The notes under the pieces were generated by a model. The model did no database searches. It was not told the DNA's origin and was given only the letters and a program-made list of their open reading frames with translations. Both the position numbers and the translations under genes were made by a program. This document shows, piece after piece, positions 12,900 through 25,376 of a DNA stretch of 64,000 nucleotides (the stretch's first letter is position 1; each line of letters starts with the position of its first letter). Origin of the DNA: Glycera tridactyla (lineage: Eukaryota); contig OZ286472.1 in NCBI GenBank assembly GCA_965644265.1, positions 40,672,001 to 40,736,000 on the forward strand, read 5' to 3'.

Positions 12900-13750
12900 C
12901 CTACTATCATAGGCAATAAACATGCACTTAAAGCCTGTGTCGCGGGCCCCATAAATGCAGACTGATAATATCCCGGAAATTAATTATCCTGTCAGATGGA
13001 TGTGCATCAGTCTGTACACGTCGATGAAACCGTGTCGTACTACCCTTTTCATGATCAATTCTACAAAATATGCAGATTGTCCATTCTCTTATGTACATAT
13101 CCATATTCATATGGATGATTCCACAATGCAGAAGAGTGTCTCTTCGCCATAGAAACAAAACGAATGAGTGAGAAGCTTAATTGTTGCCTGACCCCAAAAT
13201 ACACTGGTGTGAACGGCACGATGGCTTACCTTCATTCTGGACCTGTCGTTGATTTCATATCTGACCCACTCTGGTTGTTAATTTGGATGTCATCACGGAG
13301 TGACCATGACAATGTTTCAGTCACTGCGGATGGTAATAGGTATGGAACATCCCAGAGCAAGCCATTGAAGGCAGATCGATTCACATTGTGGACATTTCTC
13401 CTGCTAGAGACAAAGCATCCCTCACGTTTCTCTGATCCAATCCACTATACAGTCGATAGTAATCAAATTGATGCGATGACATCTATAACTGTGGAATCAA
13501 TTATTCTGCCAACTCATGTGTATTCCACTTGTCTTTAACGCAGCTGTCACAGGACCAAGGTTTTTTCATGAATTAGTCTCATTTTTTATGACCCTGGTAA
13601 TTTCTGTTTGCATTTGTGATATCTTCCTCCGCCTTTTCCCGACATTGAACAGTATACATTATTCTGTCAATCAAGAAGGATGCAACCATCTGAGGGCCCA
13701 CTTCGAAGAAATATTTGACAATTGTGATGACTTGAATTTAGTACACGTTC
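12900..13750 (-). pseudogene. Decayed CR1/L2-group RT fragment
   Basis: Ordered remnants: GPSDGCI (GPDGI), VRDALSLAGEMSTM*IDL (ALxxG..VFIDL), TLSWS (LxWF), FYGEETLF (LYADDT), WTICIFCRIDHEK (W..NxLxLNxxK), NFRDII..LW (FKYLG..LxW). Confidence 0.4.
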
Positions 13751-15989
13751 ACACATAACGACCACTGACATATCGAAGAGGGGGTACGTATCTTTTTTTT
13801 TCCAAATTTGCCCTCGAAAATGTGGAGATACGAAAATCATGTTTTTTATGTCATAACATAATTTCACTACTCGGCGAAAGCATGATGGATCTTGACACCC
13901 ATCTACATTACCTTCACTCCGATCACCTACCAACAACAACAGGCCTTCCATCAACGAGACCTGGCGATGTGAATCTGGTAAATCTAGTTCCCGGCTCATG
14001 ATGGTGTAAGCTGGGATAGGCAATTCCCAGTTTTTGATTGCCTCGTCACATGCGCCCATTTTTCGGCTCATTTCATTTGAAAAAGGTTGGTTGGGTCAAC
14101 TGTATGGTATAACTTTAGAAATTGAAGCATGTATAGGTTTCTCACTAATGCGCCCAGGCGAGACATTTCGATCAGAGAGCTGGAAGGTGATTTCATATAG
14201 TCTTCTCTGTGTGGGATATGTGCTGAAGTTCAGTTTAATCTGTTGGCATGGCAGTTATATAATACCCGCCATGGCTTGTATGTGAAAGAAAAAACAAAGA
14301 TGTCATTGGAAAAAAACGTCAACGCCATAACACAGTTGATGTTTTGGTGATTGTTGCACGAATGTCGGTCCAATGGTCTCAATGACGCTCAGTGTATTCA
14401 CGACCTAGGAAGAATTCCAAGAGACAGGAGAGAAAAGCGTAAGAGAAAAAGAACAGGAAGAATTGGAAAGATGGGAAGAAGAGAAAAAAGAAGAATTTTG
14501 AATCGAGAATTTTGCTGAGAATTTGTGAAGTATTTTGGAAGAAACACAATTTCGCTTAGTATGATGGTGATGGTGACTCGCATTGAAAGAAAGCAAAAGA
14601 TGCGCCTTTCAAAAATTCCAACTTTCAAATGGATACTGAGCGAGAGCTGGTGAAGTGCTGAACGAAAGTCGAAGCACTGAATTATTCAGTGCAGGTGGCT
14701 GACACTCATCAAATTCGACTTGTTGTCAGCGGATATTCACGAGCAGAGGACTAGATGGGACCAATATGTCTGTTGTAGGACGGTCGCTCTGGTTGATGGC
14801 AGCCCCACATCCATCTGGTCAGACAGACTGACACTGCAGGACATGCTAGATGCTATACCTGTTTTCGACACATTACTCATACTCAACAAAAAACAGGCCT
14901 GACTCTTTAGTTATCATAGTGCCATTCATTTACAGAGTTCGCACCTTGTCTCCTGTCCAGTACCAGAATTGGACGGTAAATCACCAACTGTTGAATGGTG
15001 GCGCTTTTGAAAATAAAAAAGAAGTGTATGTTTCCCAGTGAACATCGAGACCAATCTACGTACCATGTGAAGCAAGACAGCAATGACTAGAATCCAATGT
15101 AGTGAAGATGACTATATCCTTGAATCCGGAAAATCCCCCTTCTGCCTTCATATCCACATGATGTGAACCCGAGTTCTCTTTTTTGTCTCATTCACTGGGG
15201 TTTGAGATGAATATGTATTTGTCTCCGTTATATACGTACAAGCGTACGAACATATCGAATGATGGCATATCTGAGTGACTTGAAACTGGCACTTCAGTCA
15301 AAATCACCGCTACACATCAAGCGCATCAAGGCTTCATGATACTTTATTCAGTGAAGTGATACACTAGTCATCTCCCGCCACCCCCGCCCCCACTCCCCAT
15401 TACTGATGGAAAGTTGCTATGGGAGACATTTCAGATATATCATCAATTCAAAAAAAAGATCCAGTTGGGGTGAGCGGACGACTGTGAGAAAAGCATCCTA
15501 GTGAACAGCTATTGTTGTTTCTTATCAGATGCATTCATCCACCTGTAGGGATCAATTCTTAAGAGGACCATTGACAGATCGATTCACATACACATGGGGA
15601 GCATGCCGATATATAACTCTAAGCCAATTCAATGATATATTAATCACAATTTTCTGAAGCTTGAATTCTTTCTGGGTTGCCGCCTCAGCCTTACCAATAT
15701 TCGACATGATTTTCTTCTGAGATTGGAGTATCTTTATTCTATCGAATAAAATATGAACAAATTCACGGACAATTTGCTTGATATATCTCAAAATGACTTC
15801 GCAAACGCTCACGCCTCGGCCACGATATATTGGTTTGAAATGACACCTAGAGTGACAGGGATGTATAGATCGTCAACTTCACTAGAAACAAATTCAGATT
15901 AAGAAGTCATGCTTGATCCCAACGATGCCATTGCATGGAAGACCGAATATAGCTCAGGTGCTGTATATGATATGTCGGATGGTCAACTA

Positions 15990-16330
15990 ACCAGGATATC
16001 ATCATATCAACACACGCAAATCATAAAAAAAGAATACCACCATCAGGACCACCAAGCAACTATCATCATCTCCACCAGCAACCCAGGCATCGCCACAATT
16101 CAAACTCAATTGACCAGCTGCAGTGCCATCGTCGACACAGTCACTACCACCACATTCACTACCTCTACCAAAACCATCATCACCATGACTTTCACTAGCT
16201 TCACCACAGACGCCATCGCATTCATCACCATGATCATCGACCAGCATTTCTATCGCCAACACATCATCATGACTACTACCACATACTACCACCACCATCA
16301 CCTTCGTTATCCGAACCATCACCAATTAAG
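15990..16330. repeat. Degenerate (CAC/CAT)n low-complexity tract
   Basis: Dense ACC/ATC/CAC triplets. This explains the Thr/His/Ile-rich ORF 15909-16415 and the Val/Asp/Gly-rich antisense ORF. Confidence 0.85.
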
Positions 16331-18519
16331 AACGTCTGCGCCGTCTCCATTTCAATCATCACTACCAACATTCGAGTCAGGTATTTCGATCTGGATCCTA
16401 AGAAATAAGATATAATGTTCGTTTACAAGAGTTTCCTAATACCTCAATATGTTTTCATCAATCATACAAACATACTGGATTCATTTGTCGGTTCTCAAAT
16501 TTCTGGTACTGTTCCACTTCGGCACTCTTATGACGTAATATGTACTCTGGGGATTGTTATTTCTGTTGCTAGTTTGCAGTCACATGATGCAGCACCACAC
16601 TAAACTTGAGACCTTGGTTTTCCGTTCTCAGTTAGTCGGTTACACCATCACTCAGCGCCGATGATTACGCTATGCTCATTCCTATCTCCATGTTTTGATC
16701 CAGGCATGAGAACGTGTAATTCACATTTCACAATCAAAATTCAATATACCAGGCATCCGCAAGAAACTGGGGAATACCAAAGATAGACATGGGCTTGGTT
16801 AATGTCAGTCCAAAATTTGATCATGGTTCTGAATGGCTGCCGCCGACATTGAAATCAGCAGGAGCATATATATGTTTTGTGTAGCTAGTAAGCTCACATT
16901 TTTAACATAAAGCAACTACAGCTCCCGGTCTAGGAAAATATACCACCCCGAGCATTGAGAATATCTCATGATTATTCATAACTATGCTCCATGCTATTGG
17001 CTGCTATGAGCGCCAAGGGGTGGAGCATATGCTAATTAGCTAGTATAAAACAGAGGAGCCCGCCGAGATTCGGCGAGATTACACCGACAGGACCCACGTA
17101 TTGTACTGCAAAGGGTTTGTTTTCTAACGAAAACACCCCTGGTTTTCTCCATTGGGCAAAGCTGCCTTGCAAAGGTTTTGTTAAAGCATTTTCATATAAT
17201 TTTTTTATGCTGGAAAGCACACATCCGGAAGATTCCTCCTCGCTATTATGCCAGGTCACTGATGCAGCTTCCTGGAGTCTCTGTTATGAATCGACAGTTT
17301 TCTTAAGGACTGGATCTTCTATATTCTTTGTTGTTTCAATATAGCCATCGCTCATAGCTACCTTAAATATGATATAGCATGGGCCATGAATGACAGAATC
17401 TGATACATGGTGCAACTATATTTGTGAGTAGATATGAATCCTCCTGGGCGAAATTACGATACATACAATGCCCAGTGTGATGATAAGAAACAATCTACAT
17501 CTCTGGATATATATTCCAGTGAGGTATGCAGCCATAAAAGTATGTGATGATCAAAGAAGTTCGATATGATATACACGTTCAGCAAGGCATAAATCGTTCT
17601 TCTCTAGGGTATATGTTATCAACACTGCCACCCGCACTTTACCAGTTATCATGAAATATGGATCTCGAGCCCAACGACTTCAACCACTTCCTTCTGAAAA
17701 TCATGAGAAATAGCTTCAAGCAAAAACAAAACGATGTGTGTCTCCTCAAGGAACGGAACGGAACACATTTCTCAAATATGAGATGACAAGTCTCAAGCCT
17801 TCACCTGATTCCTCAAATGGCCGAAAAAGTTCAATCAAGGTCAGTTGTATAATAACCCAGTGAAGTTGACCTACTTTGTGGTCTGATAGGATAACTTATC
17901 ATGAACCAAAAACTGCACCAACAGGACATACTTTTTTATCAAACTATAACATAGAGTGAGATGTCCATGGCCACCATCACCAGCAACATTAGTATCTATC
18001 CGATGGAACATCATAGCAGAGCAACTGCTGTCAAATTAAAAGAGATGTCATTCTCAATGGACAGCAAGACAATCTGAAATTCCGCCACACTATGACAGTT
18101 GAAAAGCGAAATAAAACGAGTGCTGGTCATTTTCTAATTTCATAGTTGGATGAACATCTCGGAAATGAGAGACTTGTCAGGAATATTCTCTAGACTGGCA
18201 CTCGAGGTGACGGCTCACTACTCCAGCAGAACTCTGGAATAATGATATATCTCATCTTGTCATGTGTGCGTGTACTGTCGTCTCCATCGAACAATCCGGT
18301 ATTCTACCACCACTGGCCGGTCTCTATATCTGCAACACTGGTCATATCTTTTTTTTCGTCGGTATATTATTTCTGTGATTGAGAAGAAGCCTCGAGTGAT
18401 AAATATGCCTCTCTCAGAAGTGTCTCAATGTAGCACAGCTGGTATATACAAGACAGGGACTTTGTTCTCTGGGGTCGATAAAGGAAGGAAATGAGGTCTT
18501 TCTGATTGATTGATTGATC

Positions 18520-20200
18520 GGTTGAATGATTGATCGATTGTGTCCGTCGCCAGTTTCTGGTCTCTGTGTTTTCCGGTATCACGCTGAAAAATGCTTGACT
18601 CAAGATGGCAGGGACTGTCTTGGCTAAAAACAACTGTTAGTTGTGCTCCATGCAGACACATTGGTGGGATAACCTCTTGATAAATTTCTTCTCCTGTTGC
18701 TTTCTCAAAGATCACCATGACTCAAATTTCGAAGTCACTCGAACAGCCTTGGCAAATAATAGATGATTATCATCAATGTATGTATCGAGAGATTCCTCCA
18801 GCAAATATATCAATTGCCATTGATGGGTATTTCCCGAATAAAACATGGATTAGGAGCTGGATAATCAGTAGAGATGCGTGGTAGGTTGGACTCATGTAAA
18901 TCCCGATACATGGCACCCATAGATGAGTTGAAAATCAAATATCACATCTGTATCGGATTTACATGATTTAAGTCATTTTGAGGACCCGAAGAGTCAATCT
19001 GATATAGAAGAAATGATGAGGCTATGAATATTACATATTGAAATGGGAAAGATTCGAGGAGACAGATCGAATAACTAGCAATACCAACGTCCATTGAGCC
19101 AGATAAGCCAATCTTATATATAATAGAACAATTCACTCTTCAATGTGGTGATATAGCCGAGGAATAGCCCCATCAGAGCAATCTTGACAATTTTGCTGTT
19201 ACCCTGCATTACACCTAGTGACATTTTCCAATAGCCTGTTAACAATGCTTCCTATGATAATACGACCATCTCATCATACAAATTATGGCAATAATGCTGA
19301 TCACTCCTATCCCAAAACGAAAGTGTCAAATCAAGCTCATGAGAACAAAATAGATGGATGCATCTTCAACGTGATATTGATATTGATGCTTTCCGATGTA
19401 TTGTGAGATGATGTTTCCGGAAATCAGTTCATTAACTAGTAATTTGTATTGAGATATTGACACGATTTTTTAAAGTTCTTACTCCATTCATATCTGTGAT
19501 CCCCACGTTTCTAAAAAGTATTGTCTTCTTATGGCCTGCCTCCCTCCAACATATCCAGAATAGCATGGGCCATTGAGGAGAGGCCCCTCGTGGCGATTGA
19601 CCACACAGCCCGTGCTAGCCACGATGTGTAGATGACAGGAAATATAAGCAGCTGTCCTGCACAGGACACTCAGCAAACAGGTCCGTATTCCAGCGTCTAG
19701 CCTGCCCAGTCCTCGTACCACTTACATTTTTCATCACCATCCACCTGGAAACGTCTGTGTCCCTACTAACATCCCGTATAAGATACCGACCCCCGCGAAT
19801 CATAGGATTCTATGTGATGGTGGATGGATCAGAATGGGAATGAAATATTGGACATCGATATGTGATTGACTTATACTGCACATTATAATTCCACTGGCAA
19901 TACCTATTTGGTTGAACTCAAAATAACGTACGTTATCTTGTCTTGAAGACACGTTTGGAGAGGGAGTGTCAGTGCAAATACATAAAAGGCTTGTGCCCGA
20001 CCACCATTGTTTGATAAAGAATGCGATTCACGATGCCCACGAAAATTTGTGGGATGAATTCCTTCCTGCTGATTGAATGTTTGTTTTAAACATGTCCTCC
20101 CGGTCGATAAAACTCGAACTATATGGCTCTTGTCTAGGTGCGATATATCTATGGTGGGCATTAAGAAATGTTGGATGGCCAGGTCAATCGATTACTTCTA
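18520..20200 (-). pseudogene. Long decayed RTE-clade LINE relic ending in an (ATCA)n tail
   Basis: Colinear minus-strand remnants: ISHLDKSHIVRVLSTGR..QQEG..FRGHRES (ISLLS..K..RVL..R..QxGFRxxRS), LQDKITYVILSSTK (QEK..LY..FVDLTK), LIYGCHV (LLYGCET), HQWQ (IxWQD), TRNWRR (DRxxWR). These are followed by TCAATCAATC-type repeats near 18500-18545. Confidence 0.5.
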
Positions 20201-22539
20201 CGTGTTAGGATAAGCGTGCAGTTTCACTTCCGATCTAAGAACGATAAGCGACGGTCGTGGGTATAATTTTTCTTTTTCACACAATATCATGGCCTACAAA
20301 CTATTGCTCTGAATGTCAGCTGATTATTCCCTGAGCATTTCAACACCAGCACTTTCGAGCAAGTGCATATCTGGAGTGCTGAACGTTCACAAGCTGTGAC
20401 TTCATGTATACATTCAATGTTCTGAGTGACACTGTGAAAGATATGTGTGCTTATGCATATTTGATGTAGTCGTTTTCCCACAGTTTCAGTGTTCTCACTT
20501 TATACACACACTCACTCACTCACTCAAGAAACGATAAACTCAAATATACTTGAAAGTTAGTAGCAAGGCTGTAAGAGGAGGGATATTCCAGATTAAATAG
20601 GCAGCAACTCCGTCCCTCATATGAGGTCACCAGGTTTGATCTCTTTTACAGGCCACCCTTCAGAGAACTAGTTGACTTTACTATTCTCTCAAGTGATCAA
20701 TGCAGTTTTCACCAATTCTTGAAAATGCATGAGAGGGTTCAGGTTCAACCTCGAAAGCATCCCACCATCACTTGGACAGACAATGATATATTTTCTAATC
20801 AGTCACAACCTAATCTAACTGCCAATAGTGGATTCTACAGGCCATTGTCCACTCATGGATGGTTGCCATGGCAACAAAATCAAATTTTATCAAGATTTCT
20901 TTTCTATTAAGACCTGGTGCAATGCCGATACTGCATAATTTCACTCATGTTTGATATGGAAATGTGCACCTCATCGAGCTTGACAATTTGGCATTGGCAC
21001 AATTTTTATGTGGCACATAAAATCCATTTTCGTGGTCAAAATTAAGAAATCTGAAGCCAAATTCGTAACTGTGCCAGACATCTGAGTGAGTACATTGATG
21101 AATGAATGAATTGACACCGAATATGACCCACTGTGATGTATATCGGCATTGCGCCATCTACCTGGCATTTGTTGCCATAGCAATGGTTGCCAAGCTATCC
21201 TTGGTGACCGTATAACATCTGGTATCCAAGCTCACCAGGTGTTCCATCAATTGATGTATAGTTTTCTATATCTCATTCCTTTTGTATGTATCGTATGTTG
21301 TTCTAACCCATATTCATTTCTGTAATCGGCTGAAACTGCATTGACCACTTGAACTCGATGTAACCTCCTGCTTCTGCGTGTGAGCAGGAGTTTCACCCAG
21401 CTGGTTAGTTGCATGTACCTCGCTTCAGCCTCCCCAAATCAGGAGCGTGCATATCGACCTAGCTTTCCCATCTCACTACACAATAATGCTGAAGCGTTTG
21501 TTATGATTTGCACTGGCTATAGAGTGTATACCAGCTTGCATGGGTGGCGGCCATATTAGCTACACAAGTCATACAATGCTTGATGGTTCATTGTTCACAT
21601 ATGGTTCGATGAATCACGCTACACTTGTGAATCACGCTGAACAAACTGCTATCTTATCATCTCTCGTTTGGTCAACCCATCAGTCCATCAATTAATCTAC
21701 ACATTATGAAGATTTCGTTAAGAAGTGTTGCCCAGTAGCAGTGGTAGCCCCGCCACCCTTGAGACTGTTTTCGACGGAGTTCTTCTGTATCTTCGAGGAC
21801 CGTGGCAGAGATGCGAGGATGACTAGTCTGCATGTTGCCATCAGCACCAAGATGCGGGCAGTAAAGGCACTCCTCTCTAAAAACGGTGACAAGCTCTAGA
21901 CGGGGTAATGGTGTGAGCACCAATCTGGGATGAGATGTGAACAATGTTTCCAGACTAGCAGTGGTGATATAATAGGTGACCGCCACCAGCTATGAAAATT
22001 TCCCTCCCTCACTATTCACACATAAACATGCAAGAACCGAGAAGGTGGGTTTGGAGTTACAGGTGGAAGGTTGTACCTGGACCAGATTTGGGTTCTCGTC
22101 AATTGCTTGAGAAGCGATACTGGGAAGATTACAACCTTCCAGAAGCTTCTCACTTGGAATGCTGCTGGGATTGAAAGGACACCTACCGACCAGAACAGTT
22201 CAACAAAGAATTATTGAAACAAACATTCATATCACTAATTTTGACACGCTACGCATACGGTTGAATGGTTTGAAGATGGGTTGATATAAGTTTGCTACAA
22301 CGTCCGTACCTGCCAGCAAGGTAACCACACGAGACTCACCTGAAATGTCAAACACAGGCAAAATGTAGAATAATTACGGGTAGATATCATTTTACCTGGA
22401 AAACACAAAACACAGCCGCACAAGAGAGTGAACGACCCCTTAGTCCAGTGGCTGGGGGTGATTCTGTGTGACTTTGGTGTATAGAGCACCACCTTTAATA
22501 ATCTTCATTAGGACCACCTAGGATACAGAAAAAAATAGG

Positions 22540-23050
22540 GTGGCCTGTTCTCACCCCAGTCACATTGGAGAAAATGATGGTTTTGTCCGAGGCATGGCTT
22601 ACACTATATCGACTGACATGAAAATTTATGATTTTGCAATCTCACATGAAATTATATCAATATTGGTATCAAATGAAAGGTCTTGATTAGTACAATTCAT
22701 AAACAACACCAAAACTTGCCAATAACATGTGAAAAATCATGATGGAGAGCCAAATCGTGTCTTCAAGATGGCCAATTGGGTTCAAAAATCAACATTCTCA
22801 CTAAACAGAAGAAACCAAGGCATTCTCGACATTAAATGAATGGTATTGATGAGAACAATACATTTCCAGCACAAAAACACCATGACAACATGGAATTATT
22901 ATAATTTAGCAGCTTAAATTGTCCTGAATTCAAAATGATGATTTGACAGATCTCAATCCCGCATTTTCACAAAAAAGCATAGCAACTTAAAATCTTGCTT
23001 GTTGTAGTTTTCATCCAGCTTCAGAACACCAAATCAACATAGGAACCTTC
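22540..23050. mobile_element. Probable non-autonomous DNA transposon remnant
   Basis: AT-rich and non-coding, with GGTATCAAATGAAAGG at 22665-22680, a motif I associate with invertebrate MITEs. No termini found. Confidence 0.3.
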
Positions 23051-23099
23051 AGGATGACAGCTGGATCACTCATTTTAAATTGAGGCACGACATTCATCC

Positions 23100-23900
23100 G
23101 TCAATTTTCAACTTATCAGATTGAACATATTCAGAGTCTTAATTACAGATTGACCTGTCACAGACATTTGTAGTAGTCAATAGAGTAGTTTGAAGAATAG
23201 CTCTCAAAGATTGTGGTCAATCAAATGCTGTCAAAATTCTGGAACAGACAATAACAGGATCATTACCAGTTCCATGGCATGAGCTAGGAATGGTTGAATT
23301 AATGAGATTGGAAAATTCAATCAGTTTTAGTTGGTAGGGCATGTCATCAACTTTTAATTTTTGTCCTATGGATTGTATCTGAGAAGTGTACTGTCTTCAA
23401 AACAAATCATTCATGACAGATTTACTGTACAATTCAATGCCTTCACCCCCACATGCAGTGAATCTCTCATGATTCCATCAATCATGATTTACTTTGTGAT
23501 AATATTGTGCTATTCTGGCTCAGTTGAAGGAAGTAAAAACGGACCCCTACATGATCCAGAAATTTATACCACAAATTGTATCATATTCTGCATTAACAAC
23601 ATGGTCACTAATCCCTACCGGAACCACCGCTCGTACAAGCGGCGTGATGAAATGCGACATCGAAGTTCCACTAATACTTCGAGTCACCGACGCCATGGCC
23701 CAATGATGTTGTCACTTTCAACATGCTGCACCGGAATAGTCAGTTACCGATCAGAGGATCTGTACTGGATTAGGACGTGGAGAGACCATTACAGAAATTC
23801 AAAAGATGTATACCAGCTTTCGATCCCATGGTCACTACCAAAACCACCACAATCATTCTCACCCCTTCCACGTCGTCAGCGGCCATGATGTAAATGAAGC
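23100..23900 (-). pseudogene. Decayed CR1/L2-group ORF2 N-terminus (end of APE endonuclease plus linker)
   Basis: The minus frame in register with the + ORF 23361-23888 reads VTRSISGTSMSHFITPLVRAVVPVGISDHVV (PTR..LDL.LT..P.LV..V.V..GISDH), then YYHKVNHD*W (YxKADW), and further on NLINSTIPS..PVI (L..YIPxK..PWI). Confidence 0.4.
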
Positions 23901-24581
23901 TCTTCCCGTGGACATTCAGAGAGGGTGAGCACCTTCCATGTGCGAGCGTGCGATTCCACCTAGTTCTCTGCATTGCCGCTGGTGGCGCTCTACTTACTCG
24001 GCTTATAGACGACATTCCGTATGCTAATCACTTGAATACTTGTATGTTTTTCTGATGAAATACTTAATCGAAGAAGGTGTCCAGGACTGAACAAATGTCA
24101 TGAAAATGTGACGAGATATCAGGTAGTTCTGATAACACTTGTTCTTGGAGCCCTGGCTCGATGAAGGTTTTGTAAAATATCACATTTATTGAGCGATTTC
24201 GAGAACGCACACATCCCCAAATAGAAAAGCGATGATCCAGATGTGGAGTGTACACTCAGTGGTGTACGAGTAACATCATCATGGAAGCTCACGCAAATTA
24301 TCAGAAGTGAAAATATGTATATTAGTCGTGGAATATAAAAAAACAGGTATAAAAATACTAAGAACGCCGCCGGTGCCTGTCTCGTTGGAGATTGCGTCAA
24401 TCTCCCACACCAGTCGGTTCTTGCTATAATCCCGGAAATGAAGAGAGAGTCAACCCAACCTAGCTGACCTGATCGGATAAGACCAGATTGATTTTTGAGA
24501 ATAGTGAATCTCGTATTCATTTGCCCTGTCCCCGATTTTAGCCATATGCTAGGTGCCTGAACGTTTTCGTACCTCATTTTT

Positions 24582-25376
24582 ATGATCTCCGTTGGAGATC
24601 ATTATGCCACCACCTCTCTTGTCGAGATGCTTTCTAACTTCGCCAATTCTGACGCTTGCAACTGTTATCATCAACGGATTTAGGGTCGAATCTGTGTGGA
24701 AGTCACCAGTCATGTAATCTAACACAATTTTAACATAATATATCGATTTGATGAACATCAATTTAGAGAAATGTAGCGATTACGTAATAGACATTTTTCC
24801 TTATAATCGTTTTTGTGGCCGATCGCCGAAGCACACAGATACGACCGCTCAGAGATGTATAGCTACGCACAAATAGTAAATGCCTGTCAATCAAGCTCTT
24901 TGGCCACGCCCACTTCGAAAAAGTAGTGCTTCTTGTTTGCACCTCATTACCAGGTTTCATGGAGAAATACCTAACATACGACCATCAGTATTGATTCCTC
25001 AACATCCGTCTGTCTTATCTGTATGCATAAATCTTGAAAAAGTCCATGTTTTATCTGATATGATCGTTTGTAGGTGTGTAAAGTAGTGCTTCTTGTTCGC
25101 ACCTCATTACTAGGTTTCATGGATCACTGCGCCAATTCATGAATGAAGTTGTAGATAGTGTGTGTAAAATGAGCCAATCAGAGAGCAGCACTCGCACGGA
25201 TGATGCTGATTCGATGAATGTTTCAGTTTGTGATGGAACATGGCCATAAGACAAATCCACGGGTGGCTCGCTCATGACCCGCACCGAGAGAACCGTCATC
25301 GCAAATTCCCGAAGGAGGGCTTGTCACTATTCCCCAATTCTCATCAGAGATCATTCAGCGCAGCTTTGCGCTCTTG
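24582..25376 (+). mobile_element. Complete Helentron-type non-autonomous element (HINE/DINE-1-like), copy 1
   Basis: Left flank is a T-run, then the 5' hairpin ATGATCTCC-GTT-GGAGATCAT (24582-24602). The right subterminal inverted repeat AGAGATCAT is at 25346-25354, followed by the 3' hairpin AGCGCA-GCTT-TGCGCT (25357-25372), terminal CTTG and flanking TTT. An internal 44-bp direct repeat has a 160-bp period. The first ~290 bp are homologous to 36206 and 36847. Confidence 0.8.

Noticed and set aside
15909-16415. 168-aa Thr/His-rich ORF resembling a mucin
   Set aside because: Explained by degenerate CAC/CAT triplet repeats, with no splice or domain support.
17400-18300. Hint of an uncharacterised transposase-like family (RDVHP motif, minus strand)
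   Set aside because: Flanking conserved motifs could not be found, so the call is unsupported.
22170-22498. Kolobok-like element suggested by TTAA|AGG at 22492-22498
   Set aside because: No matching second TIR was found; TTGAAAGGACACC near 22171 does not match.
23361-23888. 175-aa plus-strand ORF
   Set aside because: No recognisable domain. It is the in-register antisense shadow of a decayed LINE endonuclease/linker frame.
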